Below, piece by piece: positions 38,601 to 51,800 of a DNA stretch of 64,000 nt (its first letter is position 1; each line of letters begins with the position of its first letter). The notes below the pieces were generated by a model. It was not told the origin of the DNA. It searched no databases and saw only the letters and a program-made list of their open reading frames with translations. Made by a program: the position numbers and the translations under genes. Source of the DNA: Eledone cirrhosa (Eukaryota); contig OZ024741.1 in assembly GCA_964016885.1 (NCBI GenBank), positions 262,322,001 to 262,386,000 on the forward strand, in the 5' to 3' direction.

Positions 38601-41600
38601 ACTTACGAGTGTTTCGACTTACGAGTGTTCCGACTTACGAGTGTTTTGACTTACGAGTGTTCCGACTTTCGAGTGTTTCGGCTTACGAGTGTTTCGGCTC
38701 TCGAGTTTTTCGACTTAAGAGTGTTTTGAATTACGAATGTTTTTCCTTACGGTTGTTTCGGTTTACGAGTGTTTTGACTTACGAGTATTCTGACTTACGA
38801 GTGTTCCGACTTACGGGTGTTTCGACTTACGAGTGTTTCGACATACGAGTGTTCCGACCTACGTGGGTTTCGGCTTACGGGTGTTCCGACTTACGAGTAT
38901 TTTCGGCTTACGAGTGTTTCGACTTACGAGTGTTTTGACTACGAGTGTTTCGACTTACGAATGTTTTTGCTTACGAGTGTTTCGACTTACGGGTGTTTTG
39001 ACATACTAGTGTTTCGATACGAGTGTTCTGACTTACGAGTGTTCCGACTTACGAATGTTTCGGCTTATGAGTGTTTCGGCTTACGAGCGTTTCGACTACG
39101 AGTGTTTCGACTTACGAATGTTTTTGCTTACGAGTGTTTCGACTTACGAATGTTTTTGCTTACGAGTGTTCTGACTTACGAGTGTTTTGACTTACGAGTG
39201 TTCCGACTTACGAGTGTTTTGGTTTACGTGTGTTTCGACTTACGAATGTTTCGGCTTACGAGTGTTTCGACTTACGAGTGTTCCGACCTACGAGTGTTTC
39301 GGCTACGGATGTTCCGACTTACGAGTGTTCTGACTTACGAGTGTTCCGACTTGCGAGTGTTTCGGCTTACGAGTGTTTCGACATGCGAGTGTTTTGACTT
39401 ACGGATGTTTCGACTTACGGGTGTTTCGAATCACGAGTGTTTCTACTTACGAGTGTTTCGACTTACGAGTGTTCCGACTTACGAGTGTTTTGACTTACGA
39501 GTGTTTCGACTTACGAGTGTTTCGACGTACGAGTGCTTTTGCCATACGGGTGTTTCGGTTTACGAGTGTTTCGACTTACGAGTGTTTTGACTTACGGGTG
39601 TTTTGACATAAGAGTGTTTCGATACGAGTGTTCTGACTTACGAGTGTTTTGACTTACGAGTGTTCTGACTTACGGGTGTTCTGACTTACGAGTGTTCCGA
39701 CTTACGAGTGTTTCGGCTTACGGGTGTTCCGACCTACGAGTGTTTCTACTTACGAGTGTTTCGACTTACGAGTGTTCCGACTTACGAGTGTTTTGTCCTA
39801 CGAGTGATCCGACTTACGAGTGTTTCGGCTTACGAGTGTTTCGGCTCACGAGTTTTCCGACTTACGAGTGTTTCGGCTTACGGATGTTTCGACTTACGGG
39901 TGTTTCGACTCACGAGTGTTTCTACTTACGAGTGTTTCGACTTACGAGTGTTTTCACTTACGAGTGTTCCGACTTACGAGTGTTTCGGCTTACGAGTGTT
40001 CCGACTTACGACTGTTTTGGTTTACGTGTGTTTCGACTTACGAATGTTTCGGCTTACGAGTGTTTCGACTTACGAGTGTTCCGACCTACGAGTGTTTCGG
40101 CTACGGATGTTCCGACTTACGAGTATTTTCGGCTTACGAGTGTTTTGACTTACGATTGTTTTGACTTACGAGTGTTTTGACTTAAGAATATTTTGACTTA
40201 CGGGTGTTTCGGCTTACGAGTGTTTCGACTTACTAATGTTTCGGCTTACGAGTGTTTAGAATTACGAGTGTTTCGACTTACGGTTGTTCTGACTTACGGG
40301 TATTCCGACTTACGAGTGATTTGGCATACGAGTGTTTCGACTTACGAGTGTTTTCGGCTTACGAGTGTTTCGACTTACGAGTGTTTTGACTTACGATTGT
40401 TTCGGCTTACGAGTGTTTCGACTTACGAGTGTTTCGGCTTACGAGTGTTTCGGCTTATGAGTGTTTTGACTTAAGGGTGTTTCGACGAGTGTTTCGATAC
40501 GAGTGTTTCGACTTACGGGTGTTCTGACTTACGAGTGTTCTGATTTACGGATGTTTCGAATTATGAGTGTTTCGACTACGAGTGTTTCGACTTACGAATG
40601 TTTTTGCTTACGAGTGTTTCGACTTACGAATGTTTTTGCTTACGAGTGTTTCGGCTTACGAGTGTTTCGACTTACAAGTGTTTCGACTTACGAGTGTTTT
40701 GACTTACCGGTGTTTCGACTTACGGGTGTTTCGACTTACGAGAGTTTCGACTTACGAGTGTTCTGACTTACGAGTGTTCTGACTTACGAGTGTTCCGACT
40801 TGCGAGTGTTTCGGCTTACGAGTGTTTCAACATGCGAGTGTTTTGACTTACGGATGTTTCGACTTACGGGTGTTTCGACTCACGAGTGTTTCTACTTACG
40901 AGTGTTTCGACTTACGAGTGTTCCGACTTACGAGTGTTTTGACTTACGAGTGTTCCGACTTACGAGTGTTTCGCTTACGAGTGTTTCGGCTCACGAGTGT
41001 TTCGACTTACGAGTGTTTTGAATTACGAATGTTTTGCCTTACGGGTGTTTCGGTTTACGAGTGTTTTGACTTACGAGTGTTCTGACTTACGAGTATTCCG
41101 GCTTACGAGTGTTTCGGCTTACGAGTGTTTCGACTTACGAGTGTTCCGACCTACGAGTGTTTCGGCTACGGATGTTCCGACTTACGAGTGTTTCGACTTA
41201 CGAGTTTTTTGACTTACGGGTGTTTCGACTTACGAGATTTTTTACTTACGGGTGTTTCGACTTACGGGTGTTTTGACATGCGAGTGTTTCGATACGAGTG
41301 TTTCGACTTACGAGTGTTCTGACTTACGAGTGTTTCGACTTACGAGTGTTTCGACTTACGAGTGTTTCGACTTACGAGTGTTTCCACTTACGAGTGCTTT
41401 TGCCATACGGGTGTTTCGGTTTACGAGTGTTTCGACTTACGAGTGTTCTGACTTACGAGTGTTCCGACTTACGAGTGTTTCGACTTACGAGTGTTTCGGC
41501 TTAAGAGTGTTTCGACATGCGAGTGTTTTGAATTACGGATGTTTCGACTTACTGGTGTTTCGACTCACGAGTGTTTCTACTTACGAGTGTTTCGACTTAC

Positions 41601-42783
41601 GAGTGTTCCGACTTACGAGTGATTTGACTTACGAGTGTTCCGACTTACGAGTGTTTCGGCTTACGAGTGTTTCGGCTCACGAGTTTTTCGACTTAAGAGC
41701 GTTTTGAATTACGAATGTTTTGCCTTACGGGTGTTTCGGTTTACGAGTGTTTTGACTTACGAGTATTCTGACTTACGAGTGTTCCGACTTACGGGTGTTG
41801 CGACTTACGAGTGTTTCGACATACGAGTGTTCCGACCTACGAGGGTTTCGGCTTACGGGTGTTCCGACTTACGAGTATTTTCGACTTACGAGTGTTTCGA
41901 CTTACGAGTGTTTTGACTTACGATTGTTTCGGCTTACGAGTGTTTCGACTTACGAGTGTTTTGGCTTACGGGTGTTTTGACATACTAGTGTTTCGATACG
42001 AGTGTTCTGACTTACGAGTGTTCCGACTTACGAGTGTTTCGGCTTATGAGTGTTTCGGCTTACGAGCGTTTCGACTACGAGTGTTTCGACTTACGAATGT
42101 TTTTGCTTACGAGTGTTTCGACTTACGAATGTTTTTGCTTACGAATGTTTTTGCTTACGAGTGGTCTGACTTACGAGTGTTTTGACTTACGAGTGTTCCG
42201 ACTTACGAGTGTTTTGGTTTACGTGTGTTTCGACTTACGAATGTTTCGGCTTACGAGTGTTTCGACTTACGAGTGTTCCGACCTACGAGTGTTTCGGCTA
42301 CGGATGTTCCGACTTACGAGTGTTCTGACTTACGATTGTTCCGACTTGCGAGTGTTTCGGCTTACGAGTGTTTCGACATGCGAGTGTTTTGACTTACGGA
42401 TGTTTCGACTTACGGGTGTTTCGACTCACGAGTGTTTCCACTTACGAGTGTTTCGACTTACGAGTGTTCCGACTTACGAGTGTTTTGACTTACGAGTGTT
42501 CCGACTTACGAGTGTTTCGGCTTACGAGTGTTTCGGCTCACGAGTGTTTCGACTTACGAGTGTTTCGACTTACGAGTGTTTCGACTTACGAGTGCATTTG
42601 CCATACGGGTGTTTCGGTTTACGAGTGTTTCGGCTTACGAGTGTTTCGGCTCACGAGTGTTCTTACTTACGAGTGTTCTGACTTACGAGTGTTCTGACTT
42701 ACGAGTGTTCTGACTTACGAGTGTTCCGACTTACGAGTGTTTCGGCTCACGAGTGTTTCGGCTTACGAGTGTTTCGACTTACG

Positions 42784-42861
42784 AAAATAACAAATAGACG
42801 CGGTTTCAAGTCTCTATGCTTTTAAAATTCATTACATTAATCTTTATTTATACGTTTCGCT
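42784..42861 (+). repeat. AT-rich element copy 23 (TTTCAAGT, TTTTAAAAT variant)
   Basis: Match to copy 1 with two substitutions. Confidence 0.95.
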
Positions 42862-43959
42862 TTACGAATGTTTCGACTTACGAGTGTTTCGACTTACGAG
42901 TGTTTCGGCTTACGAGTGTTTTGACTTACGAGATTTTTTACTTACGGGTGTTTCGACTTACGCGTGTTTCGGCTTACGAATGCTTTGACTTACGAGTGTT
43001 TTGACTTACGGGTGTTTTGACATACGAGTGTTTCGATACGAGTGTTTCGACTTACGAGTGTTTCGGCTTACGAGTGTTTCGGCTCACGAGTGTTTCGACT
43101 TAAGAGTGTTTCGACTTACGAGTGTTTCGACTTACGAGTGTTACGACTTAAGTGTGCTTTTGCCATACGGGTGTTTCGGTTTACGAGTGTTTCGACTTAC
43201 GAGTGTTCTGACTTACGAGTGTTCCGACTTACGAGTGTTTCGACTTACGAGTGTTTCGACTTACGAGTGTTCCGACCTACGAGTGTTTCGGCTTACGGGT
43301 GTTCCGACCTACGAGTGTTTCGACTGACGAGTGTTTTGACTTACGAGTGTTTCGACTTACGAGTGTTCTGACTTACGAGTGTTCTGACTTACGAGTGTTC
43401 CGACTTACGAGTGTTTCGGCTTACGAGTGTTTCGACATGCGAGTGTTTTGACTTACGGATGTTTCGACTTACGGGTGTTTCGACTCACGAGTGTTTCTAC
43501 TTGCGAGTGTTTCGACTTACGAGTGTTCCGACTTACGAGTGTTTTGACTTACGAGTGTTCCGACTTACGAGTGTTTCGGCTTACGAGTGTTTCGGCTCAC
43601 GAGTTTTTCGACTTACGAGTGTTTTGAATTACGAATGTTTTGCCTTACGAGTGTTTCGGTTTACGAGTGTTTTGACTTACGAGTATTCTGACTTACGAGT
43701 GTTCCGACTTACGGGTGTTTCGACTTACGAGTGTTTCGACTTACGAGTGTTCCGACTTACGAGGGTTTCGGCTTACGGGTGTTCCGACTTACGAGTATTT
43801 TCGGCTTATGAGTGTTTCGACTTACGAGTGTTTTGTCTTACGCTTGTTTCGGCTTACGAGTGTTTCGACTTACGAGTGTTTTGACTTACGGTGTTTCGGT
43901 TTACGCGTGTTTCGACTTACGAGTGTTTTGATTTACGGGTGTTTTGACATACGAGTGTT

Positions 43960-46900
43960 TCGATACGAGTGTTCTGACTTACGAGTGTTCCGACTTACGA
44001 GTGTTTCGGCTTATGAGTGTTTCGGCTTACGAGCGTTTCGACTACGAGTGTTTCGACTTACGAATGTTTTTGCTTACGAGTGTTTCGACTTACGAATGTT
44101 TTTGCTTACGAATGTTTTTGCTTACGAGTGTTCTGACTTACGAGTGTTTTGACTTACGAGTGTTCCGACTTACGAGTGTTTTGGTTTACGTGTGTTTCGA
44201 CTTACGAATGTTCCGACCTACGAGGGTTTCGGCTTACGGGTGTTCCGACTTACGAGTATTTTCGGCTTATGAGTGTTTCGACTTACGAGTGTTTTGTCTT
44301 ACGAGTGTTTCGGCTTACGAGTGTTTCGACTTACGAGTGTTTTGACTTACGGGTGTTTTGACATACGAGTGTTTCGATACGAGTGTTCTGACTTACGAGT
44401 GTTCTGACTTACGAGTGTTCTGACTTACGGGTGTTCTGACTTACGAGTGTTTCGGCTTATGAGTGTTTCCACTTACGAGTGCTTTTGCCATACGGGTGTT
44501 TCGGTTTACGAGTGTTTCGACTTACGAGTGTTCTGACTTACGAGTGTTCCGACTTACGAGTGTTTCGACTTACGAGTGTTTCGGCTTAAGAGTGTTTCGA
44601 CATGCGAGTGTTTTGAATTACGGATGTTTCGACTTACTGGTGTTTCGACTCACGAGTGTTTCTACTTACGAGTGTTTCGACTTACGAGTGTTCCGACTTA
44701 CGAGTGTTTTGACTTACGAGTGTTCCGACTTACGAGTGTTTCGGCTTACGAGTGTTTCGGCTCACGAGTTTTTCGACTTAAGAGTGTTTTGAATTACGAA
44801 TGTTTTGCCTTACGGGTGTTTCGGTTTACGAGTGTTTTGACTTACGAGTATTCTGACTTACGAGTGTTCCGACTTACGGGTGTTTCGACTTACGAGTGTT
44901 TCGACATACGAGTGTTCCGACCTACGAGGGTTTCGGCTTACGGGTGTTCCGACTTACGAGTATTTTCGATTTACGAGTGTTTCGACTTACGAGTGTTTTG
45001 GCTTACGGGTGTTTTGACATACTAGTGTTTCGATACGAGTGTTCTGACTTACGAGTGTTCCGACTTACGAGTGTTTCGGCTTATGAGTGTTTCGGCTTAC
45101 GAGCGTTTCGACTACGAGTGTTTCGACTTACGAATGTTTTTGCTTACGAGTGTTTCGACTTACGAATGTTTTTGCTTACGAATGTTTTTGCTTACGAGTG
45201 TTCTGACTTACGAGTGTTTTGACTTACGAGTGTTCCGACTTACGAGTGTTTCGGCTTACGAGTGTTTCGACTTACGAGTGTTCCGACCTACGAGTGTTTC
45301 GGCTACGGATGTTCCGACTTACGAGTGTTCTGACTTACGAGTGTTCCGACTTGCGAGTGTTTCGGCTTACGAGTGTTTCGACATGCGAGTGTTTTGACTT
45401 ACGGATGTTTCGACTTACGGGTGTTTCGACTCACGAGTGTTTCTACTTACGAGTGTTTCGACTTACGAGTGTTCCGACTTACGAGTGTTTTGACTTACGA
45501 GTGTTCCGACTTACGAGTGTTTCGGCTTACGAGTGTTTCGGCTCACGAGTGTTTCGACTTACGAGTGTTTCGACTTACGAGTGTTTCGACTTACGAGTGC
45601 ATTTGCCATACGGGTGTTTCGGTTTACTAGTGTTTCGGCTTATGAGTGTTTCGGCTTATGAGTGTTTTGACTTAAGGGTGTTTCGACGAGTGTTTCGATA
45701 CGAGTGTTTCGACTTACGGGTGTTCTGACTTACGAGTGTTCTGATTTACGGATGTTTCGAATTATGAGTGTTTCGACTACGAGTGTTTCGACTTACGAGT
45801 GTTTCGACTACGAGTGTTTTGACTTACGAGTGTTCTGACTTACGAGTGTTCTGACTTACGGGTGTTCTGACTTACGAGTGTTCCGATTTACGAGTGTTTC
45901 GGCTTATGAGTGTTTCGGCTTACGAGCGTTTCGACTAGGAGTGTTTCGACTTACGAATGTTTTTGCTAACGAGTGTTTCGACTTACGAGTGTTTCGACTT
46001 ACAAGTGTTTCGACTTACGAGTGTTTTGACTTACGGTGTTTCGGCTTACGAGTGTTTCAACATACGAGTGTTTTGACTTACCGGTGTTTCGACTTACGGG
46101 TGTTTCGACTTACGAGAGTTTCGACTTACGAGTGTTCTGACTTACGAGTGTTCTGACTTACGAGTGTTCCGACTTGCGAGTGTTTCGGCCTACGAGTGTT
46201 TCGACATGCGAGTTTTTTTACTTACGGATGTTTCGACTTACGGGTGTTTCGACTCACGAGTGTTTCTACTTACGAGTGTTTCGACTTACGAGTGTTCCGA
46301 CTTACGAGTGTTTTGACTTACGAGTGTTCCGACTTACGGGTGTTTCGGCTTACGAGTGTTTCGGCTCACGAGTGTTCCGACTTACGAGTGTTCCGACTTA
46401 CGAGTGTTTCGGCTACGGATGTTCCGACTTACGAGTATTTTCGGCTTACGAGTGTTTTGACTTACGATTGTTTTGACTTACGGGTATTTCGGCTTACGAG
46501 TGTTTCGACTTACGAGTGTTTCGACTTACGAATGTTTCGGCTTACGAGTGTTTCGACTTACGAGTGTTTTGACTTACGGGTGTTTCGACTTACGAGTGTT
46601 TTGGTTTACGTGTGTTTCGACTTACGAATGTTTCGGCTTACGAGTGTTTCCACTTACGAGTGTTTAAACTTACGAGTGTTTTGACTTACGGGTGTTTCGA
46701 CTTACGAGTGTTTTGGTTTACGTGTGTTTCGACTTACGAATGTTTCGACTTACGAGTGTTTTGACTTACGATTGTTTCGGCTTACGAGTGTTTCGACTTA
46801 CGAGTGTTTCGGCTTACGAGTGTTTCGGCTTACGAGTGTTTTGACTTAAGGGTGTTTCGACGAGTGTTTCGATACGAGTGTTCCGACTTACGGGTGTTTC

Positions 46901-48360
46901 GACTTACGAGTGTTTCGACATACGAGTGTTCCGACCTACGAGGGTTTCGGCTTACGGGTGTTCCGACTTACGAGTATTTTCGACTTACGAGTGTTTCGAC
47001 TTACGAGTGTTTTGACTTACGATTGTTTCGGCTTACGAGTGTTTCGACTTACGAGTGTTTTGGCTTACGGGTGTTTTGACATACTAGTGTTTCGATACGA
47101 GTGTTCTGACTTACGAGTGTTCCGACTTACGAGTGTTTCGGCTTATGAGTGTTTCGGCTTACGAGCGTTTCGACTACGAGTGTTTCGACTTACGAATGTT
47201 TTTGCTTACGAGTGTTTCGACTTACGAATGTTTTTGCTTACGAATGTTTTTGCTTACGAGTGTTCTGACTTACGAGTGTTTTGACTTACGAGTGTTCCGA
47301 CTTACGAGTGTTTTGGTTTACGTGTGTTTCGACTTACGAATGTTCCGACCTACGAGGGTTTCGGCTTACGGGTGTTCCGACTTACGAGTATTTTCGGCTT
47401 ATGAGTGTTTCGACTTACGAGTGTTTTGTCTTACGATTGTTTCGGATTACGAGTGTTTCGACTTACGAGTGTTTTGACTTACGGGTGTTTTGACATACGA
47501 GTGTTTCGATACGAGTGTTCTGACTTACGAGTGTTCTGACTTACGAGTGTTCTGACTTACGGGTGTTCTGACTTACGAGTGTTTCGGCTTATGAGTGTTT
47601 CCACTTACGAGTGCTTTTGCCATACGGGTGTTTCGGTTTACGAGTGTTTCGACTTACGAGTGTTCTGACTTACGAGTGTTCCGACTTACGAGTGTTTCGA
47701 CTTACGAGTGTTTCGGCTTAAGAGTGTTTCGACATGCGAGTGTTTTGAATTACGGATGTTTCGACTTACTGGTGTTTCGACTCACGAGTTTTTCTACTTA
47801 CGAGTGTTTCGACTTACGAGTGTTCCGACTTACGAGTGTTTTGACTTACGAGTGTTCCGACTTACGAGTGTTTCGGCTTACGAGTGTTTCGGCTCACGAG
47901 TTTTTCGACTTAAGAGTGTTTTGAATTACGAATGTTTTGCCTTACGGGTGTTTCGGTTTACGAGTGTTTTGACTTACGAGTATTCTGACTTACGAGTGTT
48001 TCGACTTACGGGTGTTTCGACTTACGAGTGTTTCGACATACGAGTGTTCCGACCTACGAGGGTTTCGCCTTACGGGTGTTCCGACTTACGAGTATTTTCG
48101 ATTTACGAGTGTTTCGACTTACGAGTGTTTTGGCTTACGGGTGTTTTGACATACTAGTGTTTCGATACGAGTGTTCTGACTTACGAGTGTTCCGACTTAC
48201 GAGTGTTTCGGCTTATGAGTGTTTCGGCTTACGAGCGTTTCGACTACGAGTGTTTCGACTTACGAATGTTTTTGCTTACGAGTGTTTCGACTTACGAATG
48301 TTTTTGCTTACGAATGTTTTTGCTTACGAGTGTTCTGACTTACGAGTGTTTTGACTTACG
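43960..48360 (+). repeat. ~1.3 kb block repeated at 3132-bp offset
   Basis: ORFs 44149/47281, 44463/47595, 44576/47708, 44896/48028 and 45071/48203 all differ by 3132. Confidence 0.8.
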
Positions 48361-48745
48361 GATGTTTCGACTTACGGGTGTTTCGACTCACGAGTGTTTC
48401 TACTTACGAGTGTTTCGACTTACGAGTGTTCCGACTTACGAGTGTTTTGACTTACGAGTGTTCCGACTTACGAGTGTTTCGGCTTACGAGTGTTTCGGCT
48501 CACGAGTGTTTCGACTTACGAGTGTTTCGACTTACGAGTGTTTCGACTTACGAGTGCATTTGCCATACGGGTGTTTCGGTTTACGAGTGTTTCGGCTTAC
48601 GAGTGTTTCGGCTCACGAGTGTTCTTACTTACGAGTGTTCTGACTTACGAGTGTTCTGACTTACGAGTGTTCTGACTTACGAGTGTTCCGACTTACGAGT
48701 GTTTCGGCTCACGAGTGTTTCGGCTTACGAGTGTTTCGACTTACG

Positions 48746-48823
48746 AAAATAACAAATAGACGCGGTTTCAAATCTCTATGCTTTTCAAATTCATTACATT
48801 AATCTTTATTTATACGTTTCGCT
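48746..48823 (+). repeat. AT-rich element copy 24
   Basis: Direct match to copy 1. Confidence 0.95.
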
Positions 48824-51800
48824 TTACGAATGTTTCGACTTACGAGTGTTTCGACTTACGAGTGTTTCGGCTTACGAGTGTTTTGACTTACGAGATTTTT
48901 TACTTACGGGTGTTTCGACTTACGCGTGTTTCGGCTTACGAATGTTTTGACTTACGAGTGTTTTGACTTACGGGTGTTTTGACATACGAGTGTTTCGATA
49001 CGAGTGTTTCGACTTACGAGTGTTTCGGCTTACGAGTGTTTCGGCTCACGAGTGTTTCGACTTAAGAGTGTTTCGACTTACGAGTGTTTCGACTTACGAG
49101 TGTTTCGACTTACGTGTGCTTTTGCCATACGGGTGTTTCGGTTTACGAGTGTTTCGACTTACGAGTGTTCTGACTTACGAGTGTTCCGACTTACGAGTGT
49201 TTCGACTTACGAGTGTTTCGACTTACGAGTGTTCCGACCTATGAGTGTTTCGGCTTACGGGTGTTCCGACCTACGAGTGTTTCGACTGACGAGTGTTTTG
49301 ACTTACGATTGTTTCGGCTTACGAGTGTTTCGACTTACGAGTGTTTCGACTTACGAGTGTTCTGACTTACGAGTGTTCTGACTTACGAGTGTTCCGACTT
49401 ACGAGTGTTTCGGCTTACGAGTGTTTCGACATGCGAGTGTTTTGACTTACGGATGTTTCGACTTACGGGTGTTTCAACTCACGAGTGTTTCTACTTGCGA
49501 GTGTTTCGACTTACGAGTGTTCCGACTTACGAGTGTTTTGACTTACGAGTGTTCCGACTTACGAGTGTTTCGGCTTACGAGTGTTTCGGCTCACGAGTTT
49601 TTCGACTTACGAGTGTTTTGAATTACGAATGTTTTGCCTTACGGGTGTTTCGGTTTACGAGTGTTTTGACTTACGAGTATTCTGACTTACGAGTGTTCCG
49701 ACTTACGGGTGTTTCGACTTACGAGTGTTTCGACTTACGAGTGTTCCGACCTACGAGGGTTTCGGCTTACGGGTGTTCCGACTTACGAGTATTTTCGGCT
49801 TACGAGTGTTTCGACTTACGAGTGTTTTGTCTTACGATTGTTTCGGCTTACGAGTGTTTCGACTTACGAGTGTTTTGACTTACGTTGTTTCGGTTTACGC
49901 GTGTTTCGACTTACGAGTGTTTTGACTTACGGGTGTTTTGACATACGAGTGTTTCGATACGAGTGTTCTGACTTACGAGTGTTCTGACTTACGAGTGTTC
50001 TGACTTACGAGTGTTCTGACTTACGGGTGTTCTGACTTACGAGTGTTCCGACTTACGAGTGTTTCGGCTTATGAGTGTTTCGGCTTACGAGCGTTTCGCC
50101 TACGAGTGTTTCGACTTACGAATGTTTTTGCTTACGAGTGTTTCGACTTACGAATGTTTTTGCTTACGAGTGTTCTGACTTACGAGTGTTTTGACTTACG
50201 AGTGTTCCGACTTACGAGTGTTTTGGTTTACGTGTGTTTCGACTTACGAATGTTTCGGCTTACGAGTGTTTCGACTTACGAGTGTTCCGACCTACGAGTG
50301 TTTCGGCTACGGATGTTCCGACTTACGAGTATTTTCGGCTTACGAGTGTTTTGACTTACGATTGTTTTGACTTACGATTGTTTCGGCTTACGAGTGTTTC
50401 GACTTACGTGTGTTTCGATTTACGAGTGTTTTGACTTAAGAATATTTTGACTTACGGGTGTTTCGGCTTACGAGTGTTTCGACTTACGAGTGTTTCGGCT
50501 TACGAGTGTTTCGGCTTATGAGTGTTTTGACTTAAGGGTGTTTCGACGAGTGTTTCGATACGAGTGTTTCGACTTACGGGTGTTCTGACTTACGAGTGTT
50601 CTGATTTACGGATGTTTCGAATTATGAGTGTTTCGATACGAGTGTTTCGACTTACGAGTGTTTCGACTACGAGTGTTTTGACTTACGAGTGTTCTGACTT
50701 ACGAGTGTTCTGACTTACGGGTGTTCTGACTTACGAGTGTTCCGACTTACGAGTGTTTCGGCCTATGAGTGTTTCGGCTTACGAGCGTTTCGACTAGGAG
50801 TGTTTCGACTTACGAATGTTTTTGCTAACGAGTGTTTCGACTTACGAGTGTTTCGACTTACAAGTGTTTCGACTTACGAGTGTTTTGACTTACGGTGTTT
50901 CGGCTAACGAGTGTTTCAACATACGAGTGTTTTGACTTACCGGTGTTTCGACTTACGGGTGTTTCGACTTACGAGAGTTTCAACTTACGAGTGTTCTGAC
51001 TTACGAGTGTTCTGACTTACGAGTGTTCCGACTTGCGAGTGTTTCGGCCTACGAGTGTTTCGGCATGCGAGTTTTTTGACTTACGGATGTTTCGACTTAC
51101 GGGTGTTTCGACTCACGAGTGTTTCTACTTACGAGTGTTTCGACTTACGAGTGTTCCGACTTACGAGTGTTTTGACTTACGAGTGTTCCGACTTACGAGT
51201 GTTTCGGCTTACGAGTGTTTCGGCTCACGAGTGTTCCGACTTACGAGTGTTCCGACTTACGAGTGTTTCGGCTACGGATGTTCCGACTTACGAGTATTTT
51301 CGGCTTACGAGTGTTTTGACTAACGATTGTTTTGACTTACGGGTATTTCGGCTTACGAGTGTTTCGACTTACGAGTGTTTCGACTTACGAATGTTTCGGC
51401 TTACGAGTGTTTCGACTTACGAGTGTTTTGACTTACGGGTGTTTCGACTTACGAGTGTTTTGGTTTACGTGTGTTTCGACTTACGAATGTTTCGGCTTAC
51501 GAGTGTTTCGACTTACGAGTGTTTAAACTTACGAGTGTTTTGACTTACGGGTGTTTCGACTTACGAGTGTTTTGGTTTACGTGTGTTTCGACTTACGAAT
51601 GTTTCGACTTACGAGTGTTTTGACTTACGATTGTTTCGGCTTACGAGTGTTTCGACTTACGAGTGTTTCGGCTTACGAGTGTTTCGGCTTACGAGTGTTT
51701 TGACTTAAGGGTGTTTCGACGAGTGTTTCGATACGAGTGTTTCGACTTACGGGTGTTCTGACTTACGAGTGTTCTGATTTACGGATGTTTCGACTTATGA